Source of the DNA: Candidatus Woesearchaeota archaeon
GTDB taxonomy: Archaea; Nanobdellota; Nanobdellia; Woesearchaeales; 21-14-0-10-32-9
Length of the DNA stretch: 64,000 nt
Assembly: GCA_041660865.1 (NCBI GenBank)
Contig: JBAZVO010000002.1
Location: 153,395-217,394, forward strand
Direction of reading: 5' to 3'
The translations under genes were made by a program, and so were the position numbers. Each line of letters begins with the position of its first letter. Within the stretch, counting starts at the first letter, position 1. The notes under the pieces were generated by a model. It saw only the letters and a program-made list of their open reading frames with translations, made no database searches and had not been told where the DNA came from. This document shows, piece by piece, positions 20,813 through 29,240 of this stretch.

Positions 20813-21304
20813 TTATTTTTTTAATTTAATCATTTTCTTATCAATTTTGAATTTTGCAGGTTTAGCTTTATCCCAACTTTTTTTTATTTTTGGAAGAAGC
20901 AATTTCAAATCTGGAGATAAATTATAGTTTTCTAACTTTGAAATTTCTAAATACTCAAATTTTTCAAAAGTTTCAGGTTCATTAACCTTTGGAATTCCAG
21001 ATTTTATTTGAGTAATAAATTTGTTTGCAACAGCAAGTCTACCATCAGGAATTTTGAATTCCACAGAGTCAAAATACACTAATGGTTCTGTTTCAAACTC
21101 AAGCCCTAGTTCTTCGTGTAATTCTCTTTTTGCGGTTCTCGCTAAATCATTAACTCCTATATTATTAAAATCTTCACAATCTTCAAAATCTACTTTTCCA
21201 CCCGGAGTTTCGTAATGCTTGTGATCTTTACGATAAAGCAATAAAATTCTTTTCTTATCATCCAAAATCAGACATCCTGAAAGAATTAATTTATTTGTAC
21301 TCAT
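20813..21304 (-). CDS. NUDIX hydrolase
   Basis: Nudix box GGKVDF...AKRELHEELGLE. The likely start is the ATG at 21304 (MSTNK); the track ORF's upstream extension to 21364 looks non-coding. Confidence 0.8.
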   Translation of the reverse strand: MSTNKLILSGCLILDDKKRILLLYRKDHKHYETPGGKVDFEDCEDFNNIGVNDLARTAKRELHEELGLEFETEPLVYFDSVEFKIPDGRLAVANKFITQIKSGIPKVNEPETFEKFEYLEISKLENYNLSPDLKLLLPKIKKSWDKAKPAKFKIDKKMIKLKK

Positions 21305-21428
21305 TTTAAATTTAAAATGTATTCGATAATATAAATGTTTAGAGAAATTTAAACTACAAAACAAAGAAACTCAACATCGCAATAAATTCTAAAAAAGAAA
21401 TCTAAAAAAGCCAATAAAAAAGAAATAA

Positions 21429-21731
21429 TTAAACTGTGGAACCGACAGCAGAAGTCATAATAATTCCAATAAAACTAAATAATGCTATTAAAACAAGTAA
21501 CATTATTGCTTGAAATACAAGACCAATTATTCCAGTTATAAGACCTGCGGTCGCCATAGAATTAGATTCTATTTTTCTTTGTTTGTTTGCAAACAATATT
21601 GCAAGAATTCCTGTAACGATTCCGATAACAGGTAAAACTATGCTAGATATTCCTAGTATTAAACTTGCAACAGCATAATCATCATTAACTTTTTTTTGCA
21701 ACTTTACAACTTTAGTTTTTTTTATTGTCAT
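21429..21731 (-). CDS. Small membrane protein (two TM pairs, DUF4190-like appearance)
   Basis: 100-aa ORF with hydrophobic segments ASLILGISSIVLPVIGIVTGILAILFA and GLITGIIGLVFQAIMLLVLIALF. Confidence 0.5.
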   Translation of the reverse strand: MTIKKTKVVKLQKKVNDDYAVASLILGISSIVLPVIGIVTGILAILFANKQRKIESNSMATAGLITGIIGLVFQAIMLLVLIALFSFIGIIMTSAVGSTV

Positions 21732-21746
21732 AATATCACCTTCAAA

Positions 21747-24413
21747 TTACTCATCATCCTCTTCTGATGCGCCTTTCTCAACAGGAATAAATAATTCTTC
21801 TTCTTTAACATCTTTTATTTCAGATGAATCATCTTTTTTTAATTCTTTAATTTCTTTTTTTTCTTCTTGATGTTTTTGCTCTTCTTCGCTTATAACTTCT
21901 GCCATATTTTCGTCATTTATAATTTTAGCAGCAGAAATTAGAGCATCACCTGATCTTAATTTTATTATTCTTACTCCTTGAGTGTTTCTTCCAATGACCG
22001 ATAAATCTTTCAAAGAAATTCTAATTATCATTCCTTGTTTTGAAACAAGCATTAAATCTTCAGAGCCAGTAACTGCTCTTATCGCAACAACGGGACCTGT
22101 TTTATCCGTCATATTTATGTTTCGTACTCCTTTTCCTCCTCTATTAATGAGGCGATATTCCGAAGCATCAGTTTGTTTTCCATAACCATTTGCAGTTAAT
22201 GTTAGAACTAAAGTATTATCTTCAACTAAAATCATACCAACAACTTCATCTTTTTCATTAAGTCTAATACCAATAACTCCTTTACCTGTTCTTCCAATTG
22301 ATCTTGCATCTTCTTCTTCAAATCGACAAGCAAGACCTTCTCTTGTTGCAAGTAAAATTTGTTTTTTACCATCAGTTAAAGAAACAGAAACTAAATCATC
22401 ATTCTCTTCAAGAGTTATAGCAATAATTCCACCATTTCTAGGTTTGGAATAAGCCATCAAATCAGTTTTTTTTATTATTCCTTTCTTTGTTGCAATAAGT
22501 AAAAAGTGATTTTCATCAAATGATTCTACAGGAATAATGGCACTTATTTTTTCATCTGCATCTATATTAATAAGATTAACTATAGGTTTACCTTTACTTT
22601 GTCTTGATGATTCTGGAATTCTATAAACTTTAAGCCAATGCACCATTCCAGTATTTGTAAAAATTAAAAGATGTGTATGAGTATTTGCAACAAAAACTCT
22701 TTCTATGAAATCATCCTCTTTACTATCGGCACCAATTACACCAACGCCTCCTCTTCTTTGCGTTTTATACGTATCAAGGGATGCGCGTTTTATGTAGCCT
22801 TCATGACTTAGAGTTACAACAACATCTTCTTCAGGAATTAAATCTTCTAAATCTAAATCTTCATCTTCATTTTCTAAAATCGATGTTTTTCTTTCATCGC
22901 CATATTTTTCTATAATTTCTTGCTGTTCGCCTTTTATTATTTTTAATATCTCTTTATCATCTGAGAGTATTTTAGTTAATTCAGAAATTATGACTTTAAT
23001 ATCCATAAAATCCTTCTTTATCTTTTCAGTTTCAAGTCTTGCAATCTTTTGCAATTTCATATCTAAAATAGCTTGACTTTGAATTTCAGATAATGAATAT
23101 TTCTCCATTAAAGAAGTTTTAGCGTCAAGTGCTGAACCTGCTTTTTTTATAAGTTCTATTGCTTCATCAATATGTTCAAGAGCAGTCATTAATCCCTCTA
23201 AGATGTGTGCTTTTTCTTCAGCTTTTCTTAAATCATACTCTGTTCTTTTACGAACAACTACTTGTCTATGTTTTAAGAATTCTTCAAGCAATCTTTTCAA
23301 TGGAAGAATTCTAGGTTTATTATCGACAAGACTTAAAAGAATTATTCCGAATGTTTCTTGTAATCTTGTAAAACTATAAAGCTGATTTTTAACAACATCG
23401 ATATTTGCATCCTTTTTTAACTCTATAACTATGCGCATACCATTTCTATCAGATTCATCTCTTAAATCAGAAATTCCTTCTATTTTTTTATCTTTTACAC
23501 ACTCAGCAATTTGTATTAAAAGATCCGCCTTACTCATCATATAAGGTATTTCATTTATAATTATTCTATTTTGTTTATTATGAACTTCATCTTTCATTCT
23601 AGCTTTAACTAACGCTTTTCCTCTTCCTGTAGTGTATGCTTGAAGTACTCCTGCTCTACCTTGAATTATTCCGCCAGTTGGAAAATCAGGACCTTTAACA
23701 TCAACACATAAGTCTCTATCCGTCGCTTCAGGATTATCGATTAATCTTATTACAGCAGAACATATTTCTTTAATATTATGAGGAGGAATATTTGTCGCCA
23801 TACCAACAGCAATTCCCGTACTACCGTTAATTAAAAGATTAGGAACTTTACATGGAAGAACAGTTGGTTCTTTTAAGCTACCATCAAAATTATCAGTAAA
23901 ACGAACTGTTTCTTTATCTATGTCTTGCAATAATTCATCTGAAAGTTTTGATAATCTAGCTTCAGTATATCTCATAGCAGCAGCACTATCACCATCAACA
24001 GAACCAAAATTTCCTTGTCCTTGAACAAGAGGATATCTTAATGAAAAAGTTTGCGCCATTCTAACTAAAGAATCATAAACTGCAGTATCGCCGTGCGGAT
24101 GATATTTACCTAGAACTTCTCCTACAATTCTTGCACATTTTTTATAAGAAGTATTCCACTTCATACCAAGATCATTCATTGCAAAAAGAATTCTTCTATG
24201 AACTGGTTTTAAACCATCTCTAATATCAGGGAGTGCTCTTCCAACAATTACTGACATAGAATAATCTAGATATGCTGAACGCATTTCTTCTGAGATTGAT
24301 GAAATAAGTATTTTGTCATGATCTTCGATTCCTGCTTGAACTACAGGCACTTCTGAAGTTATTTTTTCTTCTACTTTATCGACTGAATTTTCAGTGTTTT
24401 TATCCTCTTCCAT
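21747..24413 (-). CDS. gyrA: DNA gyrase subunit A (bacterial type IIA topoisomerase)
   Basis: [27 protein letters not shown] (catalytic Tyr), a C-terminal beta-pinwheel with QRRGGVG (GyrA box), and an acidic tail. The first ATG is at 24413. Confidence 0.93.
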   Translation of the reverse strand: MEEDKNTENSVDKVEEKITSEVPVVQAGIEDHDKILISSISEEMRSAYLDYSMSVIVGRALPDIRDGLKPVHRRILFAMNDLGMKWNTSYKKCARIVGEVLGKYHPHGDTAVYDSLVRMAQTFSLRYPLVQGQGNFGSVDGDSAAAMRYTEARLSKLSDELLQDIDKETVRFTDNFDGSLKEPTVLPCKVPNLLINGSTGIAVGMATNIPPHNIKEICSAVIRLIDNPEATDRDLCVDVKGPDFPTGGIIQGRAGVLQAYTTGRGKALVKARMKDEVHNKQNRIIINEIPYMMSKADLLIQIAECVKDKKIEGISDLRDESDRNGMRIVIELKKDANIDVVKNQLYSFTRLQETFGIILLSLVDNKPRILPLKRLLEEFLKHRQVVVRKRTEYDLRKAEEKAHILEGLMTALEHIDEAIELIKKAGSALDAKTSLMEKYSLSEIQSQAILDMKLQKIARLETEKIKKDFMDIKVIISELTKILSDDKEILKIIKGEQQEIIEKYGDERKTSILENEDEDLDLEDLIPEEDVVVTLSHEGYIKRASLDTYKTQRRGGVGVIGADSKEDDFIERVFVANTHTHLLIFTNTGMVHWLKVYRIPESSRQSKGKPIVNLINIDADEKISAIIPVESFDENHFLLIATKKGIIKKTDLMAYSKPRNGGIIAITLEENDDLVSVSLTDGKKQILLATREGLACRFEEEDARSIGRTGKGVIGIRLNEKDEVVGMILVEDNTLVLTLTANGYGKQTDASEYRLINRGGKGVRNINMTDKTGPVVAIRAVTGSEDLMLVSKQGMIIRISLKDLSVIGRNTQGVRIIKLRSGDALISAAKIINDENMAEVISEEEQKHQEEKKEIKELKKDDSSEIKDVKEEELFIPVEKGASEEDDE

Positions 24414-24594
24414 AACATAAATAAGCAAAACTTCTTATTTTATAAGTGTTTTGGATATAGACGACAAAAAAGAAAAATAAACAAAAAAATAACAAAATAA
24501 AAATCTGAATAAAAAGCTAAATAACGCTTAACAAATATTAATTTTGCTTAAATTCATATTTTCAAAAAAAAATAAATAAAAACTTAATAGACAT

Positions 24595-25440
24595 TCAAGA
24601 ATTTAAAACTCGAAGATGATCTTCTTCTAATTCTTTTAATGCTTGTTCGTATTGGTCTTTATTTGGAACTACGCCGTGCCATTTGTAATTATTTTCAAAT
24701 AACTTTACACCTTTACCAGGAATAGTATTTGCAATTATAGCCAAAGGTTTTTGTCTTTCATAAGTTGATTTTTCTAAAGCTGATATTATTTCAGAAATAT
24801 TATTTCCATCAATTTCTATAACTCCCCAACCGAAAGATAAATATTTTTCTTTCAAAGAACCAAGAGGCATGACTTGCTCAGTATTTCCACTTATTTGAAT
24901 TCTATTTCTATCAATAAAAACGAGTAAATTATTCAAATGATATTTATGTGCAAACAGAACTGCTTCCCAATGATTTCCCTCATCATGCTCCCCATCAGAG
25001 GTTAAACATACAACTCTATTCTTTTTTTCATCGTTTTTAAGCGCGAGTGCTAGACCTGCTGCTTGACTTAGACCCGAACCTAATGGTCCTGAAGATGTTT
25101 CAACACCTGGAACTTGAGACCTGTGCGGATGACCTTGTAACATCGAATTTAATTTTCTTAAAGAAGATAATTCTTTTCTTTCAAAAAAACCTCTATTTGC
25201 AAGCGTAGCATATAACGCAGGACAAATATGTCCTGGTGATAAAATAAAATAATCACGAGATTCATCTAAGGGTTTTTTTGAATCTATATTTAAAAAATCA
25301 AAATATAATACGGTTAAAATATCCGTCGCACCAAGTGATCCTGCCGTATGACCTGAACCTGCGAAATATAATTCACTTAGAATATCTTTTCGTATTTCGT
25401 TAGCCTTAATTTTTAAATCTCTCACCCTTTTTTCTACCAT
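24595..25440 (-). CDS. Transketolase, N-terminal (TPP-binding) subunit
   Basis: GHTAGSLG, SPGHICPALYA, and SDGEHDEGNHWEA containing the GDG-like TPP motif. At 281 aa it corresponds to the split archaeal N-terminal half. Confidence 0.85.
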   Translation of the reverse strand: MVEKRVRDLKIKANEIRKDILSELYFAGSGHTAGSLGATDILTVLYFDFLNIDSKKPLDESRDYFILSPGHICPALYATLANRGFFERKELSSLRKLNSMLQGHPHRSQVPGVETSSGPLGSGLSQAAGLALALKNDEKKNRVVCLTSDGEHDEGNHWEAVLFAHKYHLNNLLVFIDRNRIQISGNTEQVMPLGSLKEKYLSFGWGVIEIDGNNISEIISALEKSTYERQKPLAIIANTIPGKGVKLFENNYKWHGVVPNKDQYEQALKELEEDHLRVLNS

Positions 25441-25521
25441 ACATTAATCACATCATTACTGATTTTAATAGTTTTCTATAATTATCATTTTAATTTATTT
25501 TAATATACAATTAATACACTC

Positions 25522-25596
25522 ACACAAAGAATAATAACACAAAGAATAATAACACAAAGAATAATAACACAAAGAATAATAACACAAAGAATAATA
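25522..25596. repeat. Perfect tandem repeat, 5 x 15 nt (ACACAAAGAATAATA)
   Basis: Read directly from the sequence. It lies between the rpe stop (25610) and the transketolase start (25440). Confidence 0.95.
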
Positions 25597-25609
25597 TTGT
25601 AAAAATTAT

Positions 25610-26245
25610 TTATTTTAGAAGTTCTAAAATTGCTTTTTTTGGGTCTAAACTATCGTTAATATATGACCCCGGATTTAAAATATCAGCTCCTGCAACAAAT
25701 AAAGATTTGGCAGTTTTTTTATTTACTCCCCCGTCTACTTGCACTATTATTTTATTTGAATACTTTTTTATTTTTTTTATTCTATTAAATGTTGACACAA
25801 TAACTTTTTGATGTTCAAGCCCCGGCCTCACACCCATTATTAAAACAAAATTGGTTAAAGAAATAAGTTCTAATACTTTTTTTGTAATTCTTGTTTCTGG
25901 ATTAATTGCAACAACCGGAATCATACCGAGAGCAGTTATTCTATCAACGAAACGAAGAAACTCATTTTCTTCAATCGTCTCTATATGAAAAATAACTTTT
26001 TTAAAACCTTTGCGTCTAAGCGACTCAATATATTTTTCAGGATGCTCGACCATTAAATGAGCCTCTAAAGTTAATTTTGATTTTGAAAAACTAGGAATCA
26101 ATGTCAAATCTAAAGTTTTTACAGGTACAAATTTACCATCACACATATCTATTTGTATTTTTTTTGAAGCAGAACTCATTTTATTTAATCTTTTAACAAA
26201 ACTCACTCTATCAAATGTAAAAACTGTAGGTATTATCTCTTTCAT
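25610..26245 (-). CDS. rpe: Ribulose-phosphate 3-epimerase (divergent)
   Basis: IQIDMCDGKFVP, HLMV, FHIE, GVRPG and QVDGGVN match the conserved Rpe TIM-barrel motifs in the correct order. Confidence 0.75.
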   Translation of the reverse strand: MKEIIPTVFTFDRVSFVKRLNKMSSASKKIQIDMCDGKFVPVKTLDLTLIPSFSKSKLTLEAHLMVEHPEKYIESLRRKGFKKVIFHIETIEENEFLRFVDRITALGMIPVVAINPETRITKKVLELISLTNFVLIMGVRPGLEHQKVIVSTFNRIKKIKKYSNKIIVQVDGGVNKKTAKSLFVAGADILNPGSYINDSLDPKKAILELLK

Positions 26246-26587
26246 AATACATTAGGAGTTAAAGTTGTTTTTAATTCTTTTGTAACCACGCAATAATTCT
26301 TTTAAATTTACCTTCTCTTATTTACAATTTTAACATAATTCAACTATAATAAAATAAATTTGATTAATTTTTTAATTTTTTAATCTTTAATTAATTTTTT
26401 CCTTAATTTGTTTAAACGCCCAAAATATCTAACCAACAGCTAACAAACACCTACTGATATTATTTCGTTAATTTATTAAAAAATAGAAATAAAAATCTAA
26501 TTCATATATGAAATAATACAATAATTTTATAAATAAACGAAATTAAATATAGATGTATAACAAAATAAATATTAAAATTTCAAACAC

Positions 26588-27199
26588 ATGAAACATATTA
26601 AAACAAAAAATAAACTAAACGTAAATGTCTCTTCTTTTTTCTTAGCAGTAGATAGAACTAAAACTCTAAGAGATGAAATATTACTTAAAACGCTTTTTGA
26701 AACAGGTTGTAGCCTATCTGAACTTGCCAAAATAAAAGTTAAAGATATCAAAACCCCTATTAATCATATTACTCCTCCTACAATAACATTCAATTCTAGA
26801 ATTTCCGTTATAAGTAAAGCACTCGCCGACAACATACTTAAATATATAAATGAACGAAATAGAAGAAATGAAGAATACATCTTCTCACAACAACCAACAA
26901 AACAATTCAGCGTAAAACGAATAGAACAAATAATTCAAACCACACTTTTGAATGAAAATACAAATTCTGACTCAACTAAAAATAAATATTTAAAAATTAA
27001 TCCTCAAGAAATAAGATATTTACACATCGCGCACGCTCTTTCAAAAAATCTATCTCTAGATACAATTTCTGCACAAACCGGTCTTTCAAAACAAAGACTT
27101 TTGCAAATCATAGACAGATTTAATTTCATAAATATACAATCATATTCTTCTTTTTTCGAAGACAAATATACAACAAAATCATATAGAGAGGGAAAATAA
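26588..27199 (+). CDS. Tyrosine-recombinase-like protein with degenerate catalytic residues
   Basis: LRDEILLKTLFETGCSLSELAKIKVKDI aligns to the integrase box I (..TG.R.SEL..L...DI) but has Ser in place of Arg. INPQEIRYLHIAHAL...TGLSKQRLLQII aligns to box II (H.LRH...../LGH....T..Y) but lacks the His residues and the Tyr nucleophile. Confidence 0.45.
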   Translation: MKHIKTKNKLNVNVSSFFLAVDRTKTLRDEILLKTLFETGCSLSELAKIKVKDIKTPINHITPPTITFNSRISVISKALADNILKYINERNRRNEEYIFSQQPTKQFSVKRIEQIIQTTLLNENTNSDSTKNKYLKINPQEIRYLHIAHALSKNLSLDTISAQTGLSKQRLLQIIDRFNFINIQSYSSFFEDKYTTKSYREGK

Positions 27200-27200
27200 A

Positions 27201-29183
27201 ATGAGGGAAATAAATAAAACAACAAAAAATAAATTTGTGACAAAAGTAGTTTTACTATTTTTGTTTGCACTTATGATAATTACCATAAATGCAAAAATAA
27301 ACATAGCAACACAAAATTTAATGGGTTTACAAGGAGATGTAAATTTAGAGGGCGTACCTGTGCAAACAGGCAATCTCACTGTTTTAATTTGGAATCAATC
27401 TACTGGAGGACAACTAATCTATAATTCGACTTCAGATTATTTAAATTCAATAATCGAGGGTAGATTTGATGTGATGCTTGGAAATGGAACTCAAGAACTC
27501 ATATTAGAATACGGAAAAATTTACTATATGGATTTAAGAGTTAACAATCAAGATTTAGATTTTGATGGTATAGAACGACGCGCATTTCAATCAAATGTAG
27601 GAAATATAACAAGTGCTAGTATAACTCCCTCAACAATTACTAACACACAAATAGCAGACGGCACTATAACAACACAAAAGCTAAGCACGATAAGTAAAAG
27701 TAAAATCAACACAACAAATACCTGGATTGAATCAGAAATTCCCTCTCTGAGCGCATCTTGGACAGGAACAATTGACTCTTCAAGAATTTCTTCACAAACA
27801 TCCCTTAATGTGAATAATTCTGAATATCTTCAAGGATATTCAGCAACAGCATTTCTAACAAATGATTCGAGTTTATCGTCAAGAATAAATACATTAAATT
27901 CGACAAAAGCAAATATAGGAACTTGCTCCTCAGGACAAGTAATTATGAACATAACAAGTACAGGAGTTGAATGTGTAACACAACAAGGAGGCCAAACATT
28001 TAATCAAAACCTTGATACAACAAGCAATGTTCAATTTAGAAATATTACTGCATCAAATATTAGTTCAACAAATTTATTTGGTAATTTAAATTGGTCTTAT
28101 TTGTTAAATATACCTAGTTTTGTAAAAGACTATGCTTCTGATTTATCTCTAAAATTAGATTTAACTGATCAGAGATATAATGATACAACAAAAATAAATT
28201 CTATAAATACAACCGCAAATATACAAAATTTAGGATTTAATACAACAACACAACTAAACAACATATATTATGGAATTAATAATATAAATAATTTTGTAAA
28301 TATAACAATAGGAGATAATAGATATCTAATAATAGCAGATCAAAGATATAATGAAAGCACAACAATAACTACAATTAACAATAGCCTGAACACAGAAACA
28401 ACAAATCGACAAAATAACGACACAACACTAAGCGCAGAAATTGATAGTGTAAATACATCTTTAATAAATGAAATTGGAAATAGAACTGCCGCTGATGAAA
28501 ACATAAATCTAAGTGATGTAAGATTAATGTCAACAGACGCAAATCCTAAACTTAGTAACTCGCTAGTTTTAGGAAGAGATGCGTTTTTATTTGATGATTT
28601 TTTAAGTGGTGCAGTTAGTGGAAGATATATTATTCTTGGAACACAAAGTGCAAATGTTGTTGATACAAATAATTGGGGCGTTTATAATTATGCAACAGGC
28701 ATAACTATCGGGAATGATGCTGGATTTTCTATTGGAGGATCAACAACAACTACAAGTCAAATATTCAACATAACCAATGTTATCAAATTTGAATTGCGCG
28801 CAAAACTTGTTGCGACAACAGGTCAAAGAACATACATAGGCCTTATGAAAACCGCCACAAGTCAAAATTTCGGCGCAATTAACGAAGGAGCAGTATTCTT
28901 TTACGATAGCACATCAAATGCTAATTGGTCTGCAAGAAATTGTAAAGCGGGTACGTGCACAGATGTAAATACAAATGTAAGTACAAACACTAATTTTCAT
29001 ACATTTACAATAAAACCATCTACAAGTGGCGTTGCATATTATATCGACGGAGTCTTTATTACAAATATAACCACAAATGTTCCAACTGCACGTGTAGCGT
29101 GGATAGGTATGGAAACAGAAACAACAGACACAACGGCAGACAACACAAGAGTAGATTATGTTTTATTTGAAGCCACAAGATAA
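27201..29183 (+). CDS. Large secreted/anchored fibre-like surface protein with C-terminal jelly-roll (lectin/LamG-like) domain
   Basis: N-terminal signal/anchor and very many N-x-S/T sequons. Contains ITPSTITNTQIADGTITTQKLS and repeated DQRYN(D/E)(T/S)T segments reminiscent of tail-fibre shafts. The last ~200 aa are beta-rich (FHTFTIKP...AYYIDGVFI...RVDYVLFE). The start lies 1 nt after the upstream stop. Confidence 0.65.
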   Translation: MREINKTTKNKFVTKVVLLFLFALMIITINAKINIATQNLMGLQGDVNLEGVPVQTGNLTVLIWNQSTGGQLIYNSTSDYLNSIIEGRFDVMLGNGTQELILEYGKIYYMDLRVNNQDLDFDGIERRAFQSNVGNITSASITPSTITNTQIADGTITTQKLSTISKSKINTTNTWIESEIPSLSASWTGTIDSSRISSQTSLNVNNSEYLQGYSATAFLTNDSSLSSRINTLNSTKANIGTCSSGQVIMNITSTGVECVTQQGGQTFNQNLDTTSNVQFRNITASNISSTNLFGNLNWSYLLNIPSFVKDYASDLSLKLDLTDQRYNDTTKINSINTTANIQNLGFNTTTQLNNIYYGINNINNFVNITIGDNRYLIIADQRYNESTTITTINNSLNTETTNRQNNDTTLSAEIDSVNTSLINEIGNRTAADENINLSDVRLMSTDANPKLSNSLVLGRDAFLFDDFLSGAVSGRYIILGTQSANVVDTNNWGVYNYATGITIGNDAGFSIGGSTTTTSQIFNITNVIKFELRAKLVATTGQRTYIGLMKTATSQNFGAINEGAVFFYDSTSNANWSARNCKAGTCTDVNTNVSTNTNFHTFTIKPSTSGVAYYIDGVFITNITTNVPTARVAWIGMETETTDTTADNTRVDYVLFEATR

Positions 29184-29240
29184 TTGCTAAAATAAATTTA
29201 GAAATTAAAAGAAAAACAAACGGAAAAAGAAAAAGAAAAA

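Noticed and set aside
21747-24428. Inteins in the large information-processing proteins (GyrA, Top6B, RFC, CDC48, GlyRS, helicase).
   Set aside because: All conserved motifs occur at normal spacing. No Cys/Ser...His-Asn-bounded insertions or homing-endonuclease (LAGLIDADG) motifs were seen.
25522-25596. Tandem repeats here and at 52453-52546 considered as a possible CRISPR array.
   Set aside because: The units are 13-15 nt and directly abutting with no unique spacers. No cas genes are in the window. These are simple tandem repeats.
26462-26543. 15-bp inverted repeat (one mismatch) upstream of the recombinase-like gene, considered as an invertible promoter switch.
   Set aside because: The region is extremely AT-rich, so short imperfect inverted repeats can arise by chance, and the neighbouring recombinase-like protein appears catalytically dead. 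It is kept only as a check item under that finding and is not called as a feature.
27004-27379. Antisense ORFs at gene junctions (27004-27270, 27179-27379, 29059-29250, 29198-29431).
   Set aside because: They overlap the ends or starts of the well-supported plus-strand surface-protein genes and have shadow-like composition.
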